A stretch of 64,000 nucleotides of DNA from Octopus sinensis (lineage: Eukaryota): NCBI RefSeq assembly GCF_006345805.1, contig NC_042998.1:25482001-25546000 (forward strand), in the 5' to 3' direction. The notes beneath the pieces were generated by a model. It worked only from the letters and a program-made list of their open reading frames with translations. It was not told the DNA's origin and searched no databases. This document shows positions 36,484 to 48,478 of this stretch, piece by piece. Position numbers and translations under genes: made by a program. Numbering within the stretch: position 1 is the first letter of the stretch; each line of letters starts with the position of its first letter.

Positions 36484-37266
36484 TCATCTTTTAACGTCCA
36501 TTTTCCATGCTGGCATGGGTTGGACAGTTTGACCAGAGGTGGCAAGCTGGAGAGACACACAAGGCTCCAGTTTGATTAGGCATGGTTTCTATGGCAGGAT
36601 GCCCTTCCTATCACTAACCACTCTACAGTGTGTGCTGGGTGCTTTTATACAACACCACATGAGCACAAGGTTTCTATGGCTGGATGCCCTTCCTAATACC
36701 AACCACTCTGAAAGTGTAGCTGGTGTTTTTTACATGCCATCAGCAAAGGTGCCAATGACCTGACACCGGCATCAGCCACGACTAGAGCCTCACTTGGCTT
36801 GGCAGGTCTACATAAGTACAGTGTATTTCCAAGGGTCTTGGTCACCTGTCACTGCCTCCATGAGGCCCAGCACTCAAACGGTGCTTTTTATGTGCCACTA
36901 GCATCGGCCACAACTACAATTTCATTCAGTTCAATTGGTCTTCACAAGCATAGTATACATTATCTAATGTCTGCTTGTTGGTGCTACATGGTGTTACATG
37001 GTTCTACATGGTGCTACATGGTGCTACATGGTGCTACATGGTGCCATGTAAACTATTGGTAATGGTGCCACATAAAAATTATTGGTGATGATGTCATGTA
37101 AAAAAGTATCCATTACACTCTGTAAAGTGGTTGGCATTAGGAAGGGCATCCAGCTGTAGAAACCATGCAAAACCAGACTAGGGAACCTGGTTCATTTCCT
37201 GGCCTTTCCAGCTTCTGTCAAACCATCCAGCCCATGCTAGCAGAGAAAACAGACGTTAAATGATGA
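36484..37266. mobile_element. Two divergent family D copies (minus 36484-36960, plus 37050-37266) separated by a 10-bp tandem repeat
   Basis: D motifs on both strands; (GGTGCTACAT)n at 36980-37047. Confidence 0.65.
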
Positions 37267-37670
37267 TATGGAATGATTTCAGAGAGTATTGGCTGCTATT
37301 TCTACCACTTTAAAACAACCACATAGAGGCTGTTTTATTGGCTCTAGTATATAGATATCATGTTTCAGCATATTTTACCTGAGCAAGTAGCAAAGGCATT
37401 GTGAAACTGATAATGTCTTATGAAGTTCACAGTTTTGCAGTTCCTTTTTCTCTTTTACAACTTGTAAATGATTGTGTAAGGTTAATTTGCTCCAGGCATA
37501 TCACATAAAGAAATATTCAAGAGACAAATCACTTTACCTTGCATGAAAATAATTTCTATGACTTTTGGACTTCAATCCATAATTCTTCTACATTTTGCTT
37601 TGCAAGTAGGTCAAATACCAATTTCCATATTCTGATTTTATATTTTTGGTAATTTAGAGAAAAAAAAACT

Positions 37671-38024
37671 TATTACCTCTGCCTTAGCAAAGTTGGAGAT
37701 ATTGTTTTCAGTCGTGTTTGTTTGTCCAAGAACAAGATATCTCAAGAACCACTGGATGAATTCAGATAAAACTTTCAGAGATGCTAGGTCTCATGACTGG
37801 CATGCACTGATTAGATTTTGGGATCGGTCTGATACTGGACAAGGATTCTGGATTATTTTTTCTGATTTTTTACTTAATTTTTGAGAGAGGTCAGGTTCAT
37901 TTTTAGTATTCTTGTTTGTAAGTTTATTTCAGATATTCCCATTTTAAAAATCATCTCTGGTTAATCGTTGTGAGGACGTTGGTGTTGCCTTGTCAGAGGT
38001 TTGTGCTCTCTGAGTGCTCTTGTT
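37671..38024 (+). mobile_element. Helentron-associated (HINE/DINE-like) element
   Basis: 5' TATTACCTCTGCC, 3' inverted copy CAGAGGT followed by the short stem GTGCTCTCTGAGTGC and a T-rich end. Confidence 0.6.
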
Positions 38025-38454
38025 TTAAATTATTTTCATGTTCTATAAATTTTGACATGGTAAATCCTTCTTTGTCAATGACACCAGAAAATACATGAAC
38101 AGATTTGGGAAATGAAAAAGAAAATGACAAAAATTCAGAGAAACATCTTTTAATCTTTACATAATCTCTATTACCTTAGAGATAATAGAGATTATTTTTT
38201 ATTCATGCTTAAGAAAGCCCCATTCCCCAAAGTTATAGAAAATTCTCCAATTATTGAAAATACTGGGAAAAAACATTGCTCTCTGTGTGGTTTCTTCTTT
38301 GTAGCTTATGTATATATAATTTGTGTGTGTGCATGTGCGTGCATGTGTGCATATACACACGTATACATATATATTTGCATATATATATATATATACACAT
38401 GTACTTATTATGTACATATATATGCATATATTATATAGAAAATGTTAAGACCCA

Positions 38455-38922
38455 AGTTGTGTGATAAGAAGCTTGCTTCCCAACCTCATGGTTCCGGGTT
38501 CAGTCCCACTACATGGCACCTTGGGCAAGTGTCTTCCACTATAGCCTCGGGCTGGCCAAAGCTTTGTGAGTAGATTTGGCAGACGGAAACTGAAAGAAGC
38601 ATGCCATATATATACTTATGTATATACATATATATGTATATATATATATATATATATAATATATATATATATATGTATGTATATATATGTATATATATAT
38701 GTATGTATATATTTGTATGTCTGTGTTTGTCCCCCTACCATCGATTGACAACCGATGTTCATGTGTTTGTGTCCACGTAGCTTAGCAGTTCAGCAAAAGA
38801 TACCAATAGAATAAGTATTAGGCTTTCAAAGAATGATTCCTGGGGTCGATTTCTTCGACTGAAAGATGGTGCTCCAGCATGGCCACAGTGAAATAACTGA
38901 AACAAATGAAAGAATAAAAGAA
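38455..38922 (+). mobile_element. SINE family B
   Basis: B homology. Confidence 0.85.
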
Positions 38923-38964
38923 TTACACATGTTGCATTTGCTAATAGGTGTTATAAAATTGTGT

Positions 38965-39295
38965 GGAGGCGCAATGGCCCAGTGGTTAGGGCAGCGGACT
39001 CGCGGTCATAGGATCGCGGTTTCAATTCCCAGACCGGGCATTGTGAGTGTTTATTGAGCGAAAACACCCAAAGCTCCACGAGGCTCTGGCAGGGATGATG
39101 GTGATCCCTGCTGTGCTCTTTCACCACAACTTTCTCTCACTCTTACTTCCTGTTTCTGTTGTACCTGTATTTCAAAGGGCCGGCCTTGTCACTTTCTGTG
39201 TCACGCTGAATATCCCCAAGAACTACGTTAAGGGTACACGTGTCTGTGGAGTGCTCAGCCACTTACACGTTAATTTCACGAGCAGGCTGTTCCGT
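38965..39295 (+). mobile_element. SINE family C (tail type 3)
   Basis: C head and body, then CAAAGGGCCGGCCTTGTCAC...GGAGTGCTCAGCCACTTACACG...GGCTGTTCCG; related sequence also at 43100-43230 and 43548-43600. Confidence 0.75.
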
Positions 39296-39529
39296 ATATA
39301 TACATTCACATGAGCACACAGACACACACACATACACAATCATGTATACAGGGCACTGACCACAGCCACAATGGTTTTAGTCAATCACATCAATCCCTAC
39401 AACAATTTCACTGCAGTGCTGCTAAGTTAAAAGATTTAAAGAGACAAAGTATAGTAGACAATATAAGCACATACACATACATGTATGTATGCGATGAGCA
39501 AGTCCACAAACACAGACAAACACATACAA

Positions 39530-39566
<37 letters not shown>

Positions 39567-40289
39567 TTCACACACAAGTACACATACACACACCCAGCAG
39601 GTTTCTGCACAGTTTCTGTCTACAAGATTCTGTTTACAAAATATTTGTCAACACAAGACAATCAAAGACGATACTCGCCCCAAGGTGGCACTTGGTTCTA
39701 AAGACAAATTCATAACTACAATGTCATTCCTGTAATATTATACAATATATAAAAGTAAATTTTTTTTCTTTTAAACTTTACATTGCACAAATTTTGTCAG
39801 CTTGTGTTTTAATTGTATTTCACTTACAAGTGATGTTTTCAATACAACATCGTATTTTAAATGAAATAATGTTATTTAAACAAACATAATTCAATTACTA
39901 TGTCATCTTTTATAATATATTTCAAGATTTCTAAAGAGGAGAAACATTATTTAATTAACAGATGTACATAATGCTTTTAAACACTAGGCACACAAAATTT
40001 TCTTTCCATACGTTTTATTACATGTTCAGTTAATTTACGATTTTTTAACAAAATTTTAAGCATTTAAAATATCAAATATATACTTATCAACACAAGATTG
40101 AGACTTCTCCTGGTTCGGTGAGTTTGAGAAGACACATCAAACTGAGCAAAATCGTGGTTGCCTTTGCATACTGGCATGTCCCCTGCATCCTACTTCTGCC
40201 AGTCTGCAGATTGAAACCGCGATCTTGTGATCAAGAGTGCAGCACTCTAGCCACTAGGCCATGCATCGTTATGAAACATTATATATGTA

Positions 40290-40425
40290 AGGAGTGGCTG
40301 TGTGGTAAGAAGCTTGCTTCCCAACCACATGGTTCCGGGTTTAAGTCCCACTGCATGTCACCTTGGGCTGTCCCACTGCATGACACCTGCTACTATATCC
40401 TTGGGTGGACTAAAGCTTTGTGAGT
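40290..40425 (+). mobile_element. SINE family B, 5' part
   Basis: B homology. Confidence 0.7.
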
Positions 40426-40710
40426 GGAGAGGGGGGAGGATGAGGGGGAGGGGAAGATGGGGAGGGGTGGAGAGATGAGGGTGGGGAGGAGGGGAGGAGG
40501 AAGTAGGAGGAGGATGAAGAGGGGAGGAGTAGGGAGGGGTGGGTATCGAGATGAGGGTGGGGATGATGGGAGGAGGATGAAGAGGGGAGGAGTAGGGAGG
40601 GGTGGGTGTCGAGATGAGGGTGGGGAGGATGGGAGGAGGGTGGAGGAGGAGGATTAAGAGGGGAGGAGGGTGAAGGGAGGGAGGGAGGGAGGGAAGGAGG
40701 AGGAGGCTAA
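40426..40710. repeat. G/A-rich polypurine tract with an internal ~63-bp direct repeat
   Basis: GAGGAGGATGAAGAGGGGAGGAGTAGG..GGGTGGGT.TCGAGATGAGGGTGGGGA occurs twice (~40508 and ~40571). Confidence 0.85.
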
Positions 40711-40759
40711 TTGATTTCATTGAGTCCAGTGGAAAGAAACTCGGGGGAGAGTGTAACAG

Positions 40760-41017
40760 CAGGTGGTCCTCAGAGGAGAAACCCCCTTTAGGTAAGTGTT
40801 TCAGCCCTTAACTCCTGACACTCTAACAGGGTCGGGCCACATCCGAGTTGTGACTCTCGGATGTCCACCTGCTGTCCATTTTAGTACGCCTTGGGTGGGA
40901 TTGGTTTCTCTAATTTCTAACACTGCTGTGACGTGTGCTGCGGCCCTGAAAAGGGCTAAGTACCCATTTCCAGCTGAGTACACTGGCAAGCACTTAGACG
41001 ACCTGTTACTTAACTGA
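40760..41017 (-). mobile_element. Probable SINE fragment with a Deu/Nin-like segment
   Basis: Minus strand GTACTCAGCTGGAAATGGGTAC resembles a conserved SINE central-domain motif; GC-rich relative to the flanks. Confidence 0.35.
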
Positions 41018-41039
41018 TACTTATTTTAACAACTCCAAA

Positions 41040-41337
41040 TAGTGAAAGGCAAAATCGACCTCGGTGGAATCTGAACCCAGAATGTAACGACAGATAAAAT
41101 ACCTATTTCTTTACTACCCACAAGAGGCTAAACACAGAGAGTACATTCAAGGACAGACAAACAGATTAAGCTGATTATATCGACTCCAGTGTGTAACTAG
41201 TACTTAATTTATTGACGCTGAAAGGATGAAAGGTAAAGTCGACTTCGGCAGAATTTGAACTCAGAACGTAACAGGAGATGAAATACCGCTAAGCATTTTG
41301 ACCAACGTACTAACGTTTCTGCCAGCTTGCTGCCTTA
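41040..41337 (-). mobile_element. SINE family A: one full unit plus a partial second unit
   Basis: Junction AAAATACCTATTTCTTTAC at ~41097-41115 is identical to the array junction. Confidence 0.8.
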
Positions 41338-41384
41338 AAATACCACCAAGATAAAATACCACCAAGCATTTTGTCCAGCATGCT

Positions 41385-41697
41385 AACAAAATCAACAAGG
41401 TAAAATATATACCATGACTGAAGAGAGAGATAAGCAGATTGTGGGGTTGCAGAAAAAGTAAGTTGGTAACCCTAGTCACTGAAGATTTAGGAACAATGAG
41501 GAAGAGGCTCAAGAATTTGATAAAAAGATTGGTTTGCTGAAGTATATAGAATATGTGCAACTGGCCTGTTTGTTAGGAATGGTAAAGATCACTGGAAGTT
41601 TCTCAGATGATCAAAGCCACAGGTGTTGATTTGTTACCCAAGAGTAAACCCACTTCGGTTCCATCATTTTTTAAATAATAATAATAACAATAATAAT
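41385..41697 (+). mobile_element. R4/Dong-like (REL-type) non-LTR 3' fragment with (TAA)n tail
   Basis: LKREISRLWGCRKSKLV...LGTM and IEYVQLACLLGMVKI resemble the R4/Dong C-terminus; ends AATAATAATAACAATAATAAT. Confidence 0.55.
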
Positions 41698-41737
41698 GCT
41701 TGTATCTAATTGGTATTGACTCACCTTAAGTAGCTAT

Positions 41738-42289
41738 TTAAATATGATTTCTGATTACAAATATCTTGGGTCATACATATCATCATCTGAAAAAGATTTT
41801 CTAACTAGAAAGGGTATGGCCTGGTCAGCCTGTAATGATATGCATAAGATCTGGTCATCAAATCTAAGCAGAGATTTCAAACTTAAAATCTTCAAAGCTA
41901 GAAACCTGGACGTTATCAAAGAAGCTTGAGAGGCGGTTGGGTGGAATTTACAGTCGCCTCTTTATGAAAGCTCAAAATTTCTCGTGGAAGCATCATCCAA
42001 CCAAAGTACAAATATATGGGAAACTACCACCTGTATCATCTCTTGTGAAAGGTAGAAGAGTCTAGTTTGCTGGACATTGTTATAGAGCTGAAAACGAGGT
42101 AATTTCTACTCTTCTCCCCTGGAAGCCATCTGCTCGCAATACCCGAGGGTGCACACTCTCCTATCCTGATGTAATCTCCAGGGATACAGGCATCCAGCAA
42201 CAGGACCTCTGTAATGCTATGATGGACCATGAAGTCTGGCATAACATGGTAAATTCCATTGTCTCGACCACGGTCGAACAACGATGATG
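41738..42289 (+). mobile_element. RTE-X/RTE-like LINE 3' fragment with TSD
   Basis: DYKYLGSYISSSEKDFLTRKGMAWSACNDMHKIWSS...ETWTLSKKLERRL...FAGHCYR; (GAT) tail; flanked by AAGTAGCTAT at 41728-41737 and 42290-42299. Confidence 0.85.
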
Positions 42290-43237
42290 AAGTAGCTATA
42301 AAATTTCTGGAGACAGCATCATGCTTTTTCCTTCCTTTTTTTTTTTTTTAACCTTTTTCAGTGCCATCAATTCTAAGGAAATTAAAATTTCTTTCTGCCT
42401 CGAGAAAAGTAACTCCAACAATTTGGAATGGCAACTTTTCAAAGTATATTTTCTCTATTTCCTAGCTTTCAAGATTTCTAATATTTAAGCCAAAGATCTA
42501 TCTTGCAAGCAAATATTTTGTAAATTAATAAGAACTAAAACATCATTAATTTGTTAGAATTTCTAATGTTACTTCAACATTTGTAAACGTCTGGTCGAAT
42601 ATAATGTGATTCTGCTTGCAATAAATTGAACATTATTACATCTGAAATAGCTGCAATGTCATTATATTTACCATAAATTTAACAGCATTCAGCTCATAAG
42701 AGCTTTAGCATCATTCAGTCTTCAATGATTATAATTTCATTGAGCTTAATGTAGATGTAATTTGATTTAAAACCCATAATTATACAATACTATAATGCAA
42801 TATATTTGTTCAATAGATATCTTATTGATAATGATTATGTTTGGAATATTGAACTTGTAATGTTAATTTAGTTGGCACTGGAAAAACAGTTAGCCTGTTG
42901 CAGAGACATATGCACCCATGCATGTACGCACACAAACTCACGAATTAATGTACACATGCACACCCACATTTTCTCAACAACAAAAAAAATTGGATTTTAA
43001 CTCAAAATGATCTCTAAGCTTAACAGAACAGCCAAAATTTTTAAGGCATCATTAAAATGAGTGTTTCAGCGTTTCAGAGACAAAACTCGTCAGCCTGGTG
43101 GTTTGGCTCTCCATCAACTGCTATGACGAGGGTTCCAGTTGATACAATCAACCTAACAACCATCTGCCTATGAAATTAACAAGCAAGTGGCTGAGTACTC
43201 CACAGATATGCATAACCTCGGTGTATAGTTTTCAGGG

Positions 43238-43534
43238 TGGAGACACATGGCCTAGTGGTTAGAGCAGCGGACTCACGGTCGAGGGATCGTGGGTTCAAAT
43301 CTCAGACTGGGCGATGTGTGTGTTTATGAGCGAAACATCTAAGCTCCACATGGCTCCAGCAGAAAGTAATGGCGAACTTCTGCTGACTCTTTCACCACAA
43401 CTTTCTCTCACTCTTTCCTCCTGCATCTTGCAGCTCACCTGCGACGGACCAGTGTCCTGTCCAGGTGGGGAACCTATACGCCAAGGAAACCAGGAAACCG
43501 GCCCTTATGAGCCAGGCATGGCTCGAGAAGGAAC
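43238..43534 (+). mobile_element. SINE family C-like, full length, with 13-bp TSD
   Basis: TSD ATAGTTTTCAGGG at 43225-43237 and 43535-43547; A-box TGGCCTAGTGG, B-box GGTTCAAATC; V-like TGCGACGGACCAGTGTCCTGTCCAG. Confidence 0.85.
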
Positions 43535-43899
43535 ATAGTTTTCAGGGAGATTTAGTGTGACCCATAGTGTGACAAGGCTGTATTTTTGAATCACAAGCAC
43601 AGCTCATTTATGCTAGCTGAATGGAATGGAGCAACGAGAAATAAAGTGTCTTGCTCAAGGACACAACGAGCCTGTAGCCTGTAGCAATGAGAAATTAAGT
43701 GCCTTGCTTAAGGACATAATACACCACTTAGAATCAAGCTCATGAGCTGAATACCTTAGCCATTGAGATACCTTCTTCAGCAGCCTTGTATCTTGAAGTC
43801 ATTGAGTGTTTTGGGTCCTGCAACATACACTTTCATACAGTAAACCATAGAAATGTTGATTAAGCTTTGGTCTGTGTCCCAAAATTTTAAAATAAAATG

Positions 43900-44142
43900 T
43901 TCCTTCTTGAGCCATGCCAGGCTCATAAGGGCCGGTTTCCCAGTTTCAGTGGCGTAGAGATTCCCCATCTGGATGGGATGCCGATCTATCTCAGGACTAC
44001 TCATTTTTGACAGCTGAGCGGACTGGAGCAATATGAAATGAAGTGTTTTGCTCAAGAACACAACGCATCGCCCAATCCAGGAATTGAAACCACAACCTTA
44101 CAATCATGAGTTCAACACCCTAACCACTAAGCCAGGTGCCTC
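43900..44142 (-). mobile_element. SINE family E head with the C-type-2 (V-like) tail
   Basis: E head fused to ...CGGCATCCCATCCAGATGGGGAATC..GGAAACCGGCCCTTATGAGCCTGGCATGGCTCAAGAAGG. Confidence 0.65.
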
Positions 44143-45129
44143 CACTCTGTGTCCAAGCAACATCTTCTAACACCATGCACGTATCATCACTTTTTAACCA
44201 GTCATCTAGACACTTTTTCAAAGTCATTTCCATTGTTCTTGATAGCCCTTCTGGTCAGGATTCCTCAGGCTTTACTAAAGTAGCAACCTCAAGCTATCAG
44301 TTGCCCAAGCTGCAGCAGGTCCTCTGTCCATTCCTGCAGCAGTCTTTCTCTTTGTCCTCTTGTGCCTTCTCCATTCTCTCCCCACAAGGAACAGCTGAGT
44401 CTAATACAATAAGGTATTTAGTATAGCCTGGGGTACCAAGATGTTGCTATTACTCGAGGAATGGTTTGGGAGTTCATATTTGCTGAAAGGTTTTTACATG
44501 CAAAATCAATTTGACAAGACTTTGCCAAAAAAAAAAACAAAAAAAAAAACCAAAAAAAAACCGTAAAATATAAATGCCTCCTACGCCGAGAATGAATTTT
44601 TAAAATTATGCTTAGCTCCATTTTCATAGCCTTGAGGAGATGAGAGATTATCTTCTGAACTTGTTACTTGTGTAGTGCAGCTAATATTTTCCTGGCGATT
44701 TGGTGTTTATTGCCTAAAGCTGTGTGGACCGGAATAATATAGAATAAAGTATTCTGAACTGAAATATAATTTAAAATATAAAACAACAGCTAGAGATTTG
44801 ATTTGTTGATTGTTGAATATGGAGCTTTATGATGGAGCTTCAGATCTTCTCCTCTCACTCATCTCAAATCCATTCCAATCCACAATAAGAAGACGGTTAA
44901 TAATTTGGGAATGTTATCTTTAAGTGTTGGGTTCTTTCCTACACCTCACAGGGCGCTTTTATTTAGTTATACAAACTGCTAGAAACTGACGAATTTCCCT
45001 CAAAATATACCCTGTACCTTAAAAAAATAAGGACACACACACACATATATATGTATGTATGTCACAGTATCACAGTATTGACCAGACCATCAGATGCTGT
45101 TGCACATTGCTGGCCACAATACACTTCCA

Positions 45130-45760
45130 ATTCTTTCTTGATTATGCCAGCTTGATCCAAATTATTTAGCAAAACTACCTTCCCATTGTCATGGAGGCCT
45201 TCCTAGTGGCTTTTTCCAATTGTCTTCTTGTCTTGAGACAGCATTCACCCAGGGTGGGTTGAGCTGGCTTCATTCATCCTCAATGCTGCATCTCTCACAA
45301 ACGCCAAAGAGACCTGGCAATTTGAGGCTAATGACTGCATGATCTCCAACCACTTCTTATTCCAGCAGCGAACGCCGTAGATATGGGGGACTAGGTTGGG
45401 TTCCAGACCAGCCTTGAAAGTCATCAGCCAGGTTTTTCGTTGTCCACCACATCACTTTTGCCAACCATGAAGGGGAGCTGGGGCAATTGCTTTGTAGATG
45501 AATTCTCCTGGTTGACGACGGAGGGCATGACCCAGCCAACGCAGATGTCTCGTTAGGATGACTTGTCGGAGGGAGGTGATTTTGCACTGGTGTCGCACTG
45601 GTGCAAAAACCAGTGCAGTGCTTTTTCCAATTGCTTAGATATCACTGGGTAACTACACGGGTTCATTTGTTGTTTGTAAACCTTACAACATGTCCAGCCC
45701 AGCAGAACTTGTGGTTTCGGTATTCTGGAATCACATTGTTCACTCCTCACCGGAGTGAAG
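45130..45760 (-). mobile_element. RTE (BovB-like) ORF2 C-terminal fragment, interrupted
   Basis: FCWAGHVVRFTNNK*TRVVTQ*Y..NWKKPLGRPP*QWE after removing the inner insert. Confidence 0.7.
45223..45619 (-). mobile_element. Second RTE-family 3' fragment nested in the first, with 14-bp TSD
   Basis: RHLRWLGHALRRQPGE...GGQRKTWL; tail CAAGACAAGAAGA; TSD GCTTTTTCCAATTG at 45209-45222 and 45620-45633. Confidence 0.8.
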
Positions 45761-46195
45761 TAAATGACGTTTTATATATATATATATATATATACAAATG
45801 AGGGTGAAAAATTTGATATTAATTTAATAATACCATCAATTTAACACCAAGTGGCTTAGCACATAAAAACCAAGGGATAAAATACAAATTTATACAAAAA
45901 TATTAGAGAGTGACCACTATGTGGTTCACTCTAGTGCTAAAAATAGATCCGCTAATGTGGCTAGAGATATGTATTTTGTTTGTTTGTCCCCACATCACCA
46001 CTTGACAACTGGTGTTGGTGTGTTTACATCCACGTAACTTAGTAGTTCAGCAAAAGAGACTGATAGAATAAGTACTAGGCTTAAAAAAGGAAAAAATCCT
46101 GGGGACTTTTCTTGCGAGAGAAGTACGAATGCTTTGTGAGAGAAGTATGAATGCTTTGAAGAAATCAAAATCAAAACCTTAGAAACAATCCACAT

Positions 46196-46423
46196 TTACT
46201 CTTTTACTCTTACTTGTTTCAGTCATTTGACTACAGCCATGCTGGAGCACTGCCTTTAGTTGAGCAAATCGACCCCAAGACTTATTCTTTGTAAGCCTAG
46301 TACTTATTCTATCAGTCTCTTTTGCTGAACCACTAAGTTACAGGGACGTAAACACACCAGCATCGGTTGTCAAGCAATGTTGGGAGAATAAACACAGACA
46401 CACAAACATATACACATAGACAC

Positions 46424-46463
<40 letters not shown>

Positions 46464-46627
46464 GACGGGCTTCTTTCAGTTTCTGTCTACCAAATCCACT
46501 CACAAGGCTTCGGTTGGCCCGAGGCTATAGTAGAAGACACTTGCCCAAGGTGCCACGCAGTGGGTCTGAACCCGGAACCATGTAGTTCATAAGCAAGCTA
46601 CTTACCACATAGCCAATCCTACGCCTA
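46196..46627 (-). mobile_element. SINE family B, full length
   Basis: B homology. Confidence 0.85.
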
Positions 46628-46639
46628 GTTGTGCAAGGT

Positions 46640-46770
46640 TTCTTTTGTTGTCATCGGTGTGTCCTTGGAATCTCTTGGAAAGACAAAATTCCTCATAGAG
46701 AAATTCTCAAGCACGTGGAACCCAACAACGTCAAAACAATGATCATACTTCAGCTTTCAACATTATCACT
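46640..46770 (+). mobile_element. Short RTE ORF2 fragment
   Basis: HRCVLGISWKDKIPHREILK. Confidence 0.55.
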
Positions 46771-47061
46771 TTGGCATTCATTTTGTCATGCTTGAGTGAG
46801 CCATTTGGAATTCATTGATGCAGATTTTCTTTGACTGGATGTTCTTCTTGTGATTAATCTTTACTTGTTTCCAAGCAAAGTAATATCAAACCATAATCTT
46901 ACATGTTTTCGTGGAAGATTGGAAACAAATGATGCCACTTGTATGATGGGGATATTTACTCTTTTACTCTTTTATTCCTTTACTTGTTTCTGTCATTTGA
47001 CTGCTGCCATGCTTGAACACTACCTTGAAGGGCTTTAGCCAAACAAATTGACCCCAGGCCC

Positions 47062-47810
47062 AACATTCAAAGGTCATGCTTCACCACCTCATCTCAGGTC
47101 TTCCTTAGTCTACCTCTTCCACAGGTTCCCTCTACTACTAGGGTGTGACACTTTTTCACACAGCTGTCCTCATCCATATGTAATACATGACCATACCAGT
47201 GCAGTCGTCTCTCTTGCACACCACATCTGATGCTTCTTAGGTCCAACTTTTCTCTCAAGGCACTTACACTCCGTCGAGTATGCACACTGACATTACACAT
47301 CCAGTGAAGCATACTAGCTTCATTCCTTGAAAGCTTATGCATGTGCTCAGCAGTCACAGCCCATGTCTCACTGCCATGTAGCATGGCTGATTACACACAT
47401 GCATCATACAGTCTACCTTTCGTTCTGAGTGAGAGGCCTTTGTTACCTACAAAGGGAGGAGCTCTCTGAACTTTGCCCAGGCTATTCTTATTCTAGCAGC
47501 TATGCTCTCAGAGCATCCACCCCTGCTACTGACTTAGTTACCTAGGTAACAGAAGCTATCAGCTACTTCTAGTTTTTTCCCCTGGCATGTGACGGAAGCT
47601 GTTTTCTGCACATTTTCAGTGTTTATTGCCCCTGTGCATCTGCCACACACAAAAACTATCTTCCCAATTAGCCTTCCTCTGATATTGCTGCAGCTCTTAT
47701 GTGTCCATAGCTTACATTGGGTGCATCTTTTGGAGTTGCTGCCTATGCCTTTTCTACAGATCGAGCAGGGCCATCTACCTGAAGGGATTTGTGATTTGTC
47801 TTCAATATTT
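47062..47810 (-). mobile_element. RTE LINE ORF2 fragment (zinc-finger insert, RT thumb, C-terminus)
   Basis: GRWPCSICRKGIGSNSKRCTQCKLWTHKSC...VCGRC, LEVADSFCYLG, MLHGSETWAV, RRLHWYGHVLHM, GRGRLRKT*DEVVKHDL. Confidence 0.9.
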
Positions 47811-47887
47811 ATATATATCTGTGTGTGTGTGATGTGTTAATGCAAACGTAAGTGCACATGTATATGTCTACATGACAACATATATTT

Positions 47888-48120
47888 ATTTCTTTATTGC
47901 CCACCGGGGGCCAAACATAGAGGGGACAAACAAGGACAGACAAACGGATTAAGTCAATTACATCGATCCCAGTGCATAACTGATACTTATTTAATCAACC
48001 CCGAAAGGATGAAAGGCAAAGTCGACCTTTGCGGGATTTGAACTCAGAATGTAACAGCAGACGAAATACTGCTAAGCATTTCGCCCGGTGTACTAACGTT
48101 TCTGCCAACTCGTCGCCTTT
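47888..48120 (-). mobile_element. SINE family A, full length
   Basis: A homology. Confidence 0.85.
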
Positions 48121-48164
48121 GGCAATATATATTATGGCAACATGTATTAGCAGGCATGCACACA

Positions 48165-48478
48165 TCATCATCATCATCATCGTTTAGCATCGCTTTCCAT
48201 GCTGGCATGGGTTGGACGGTGCAACTGGGGTCTCGGAAGCCAGAAGGCTGCACCAGGCCCAGTCTGATCTGGCAATGTTTCTACAGCTGGATGCCCTTCC
48301 TAACGCCAACCACTCCATGAATGTAGTGGGTGCTTTTTACGTGCCAGGCGAGGCTGGCAAACGGCCATGATCGGATGGTGCTTTTTACGTGTCACCGGCA
48401 TGGAGGCCAGGTGAGGCTGGCAACGGCCACGATTAGACGGTGCTTTTTACATGCCACCGGCACAGAAGCCAGTCAGGG
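48165..48478 (-). mobile_element. Family D (RTE 3' UTR)
   Basis: D motifs and (CAT)n. Confidence 0.8.

Noticed and set aside
38965-39040. tRNA-like sequences at the heads of families A, B, C and E
   Set aside because: They have A/B boxes but no complete cloverleaf or acceptor stem, and they continue into SINE bodies. Called SINE heads, not tRNA genes.
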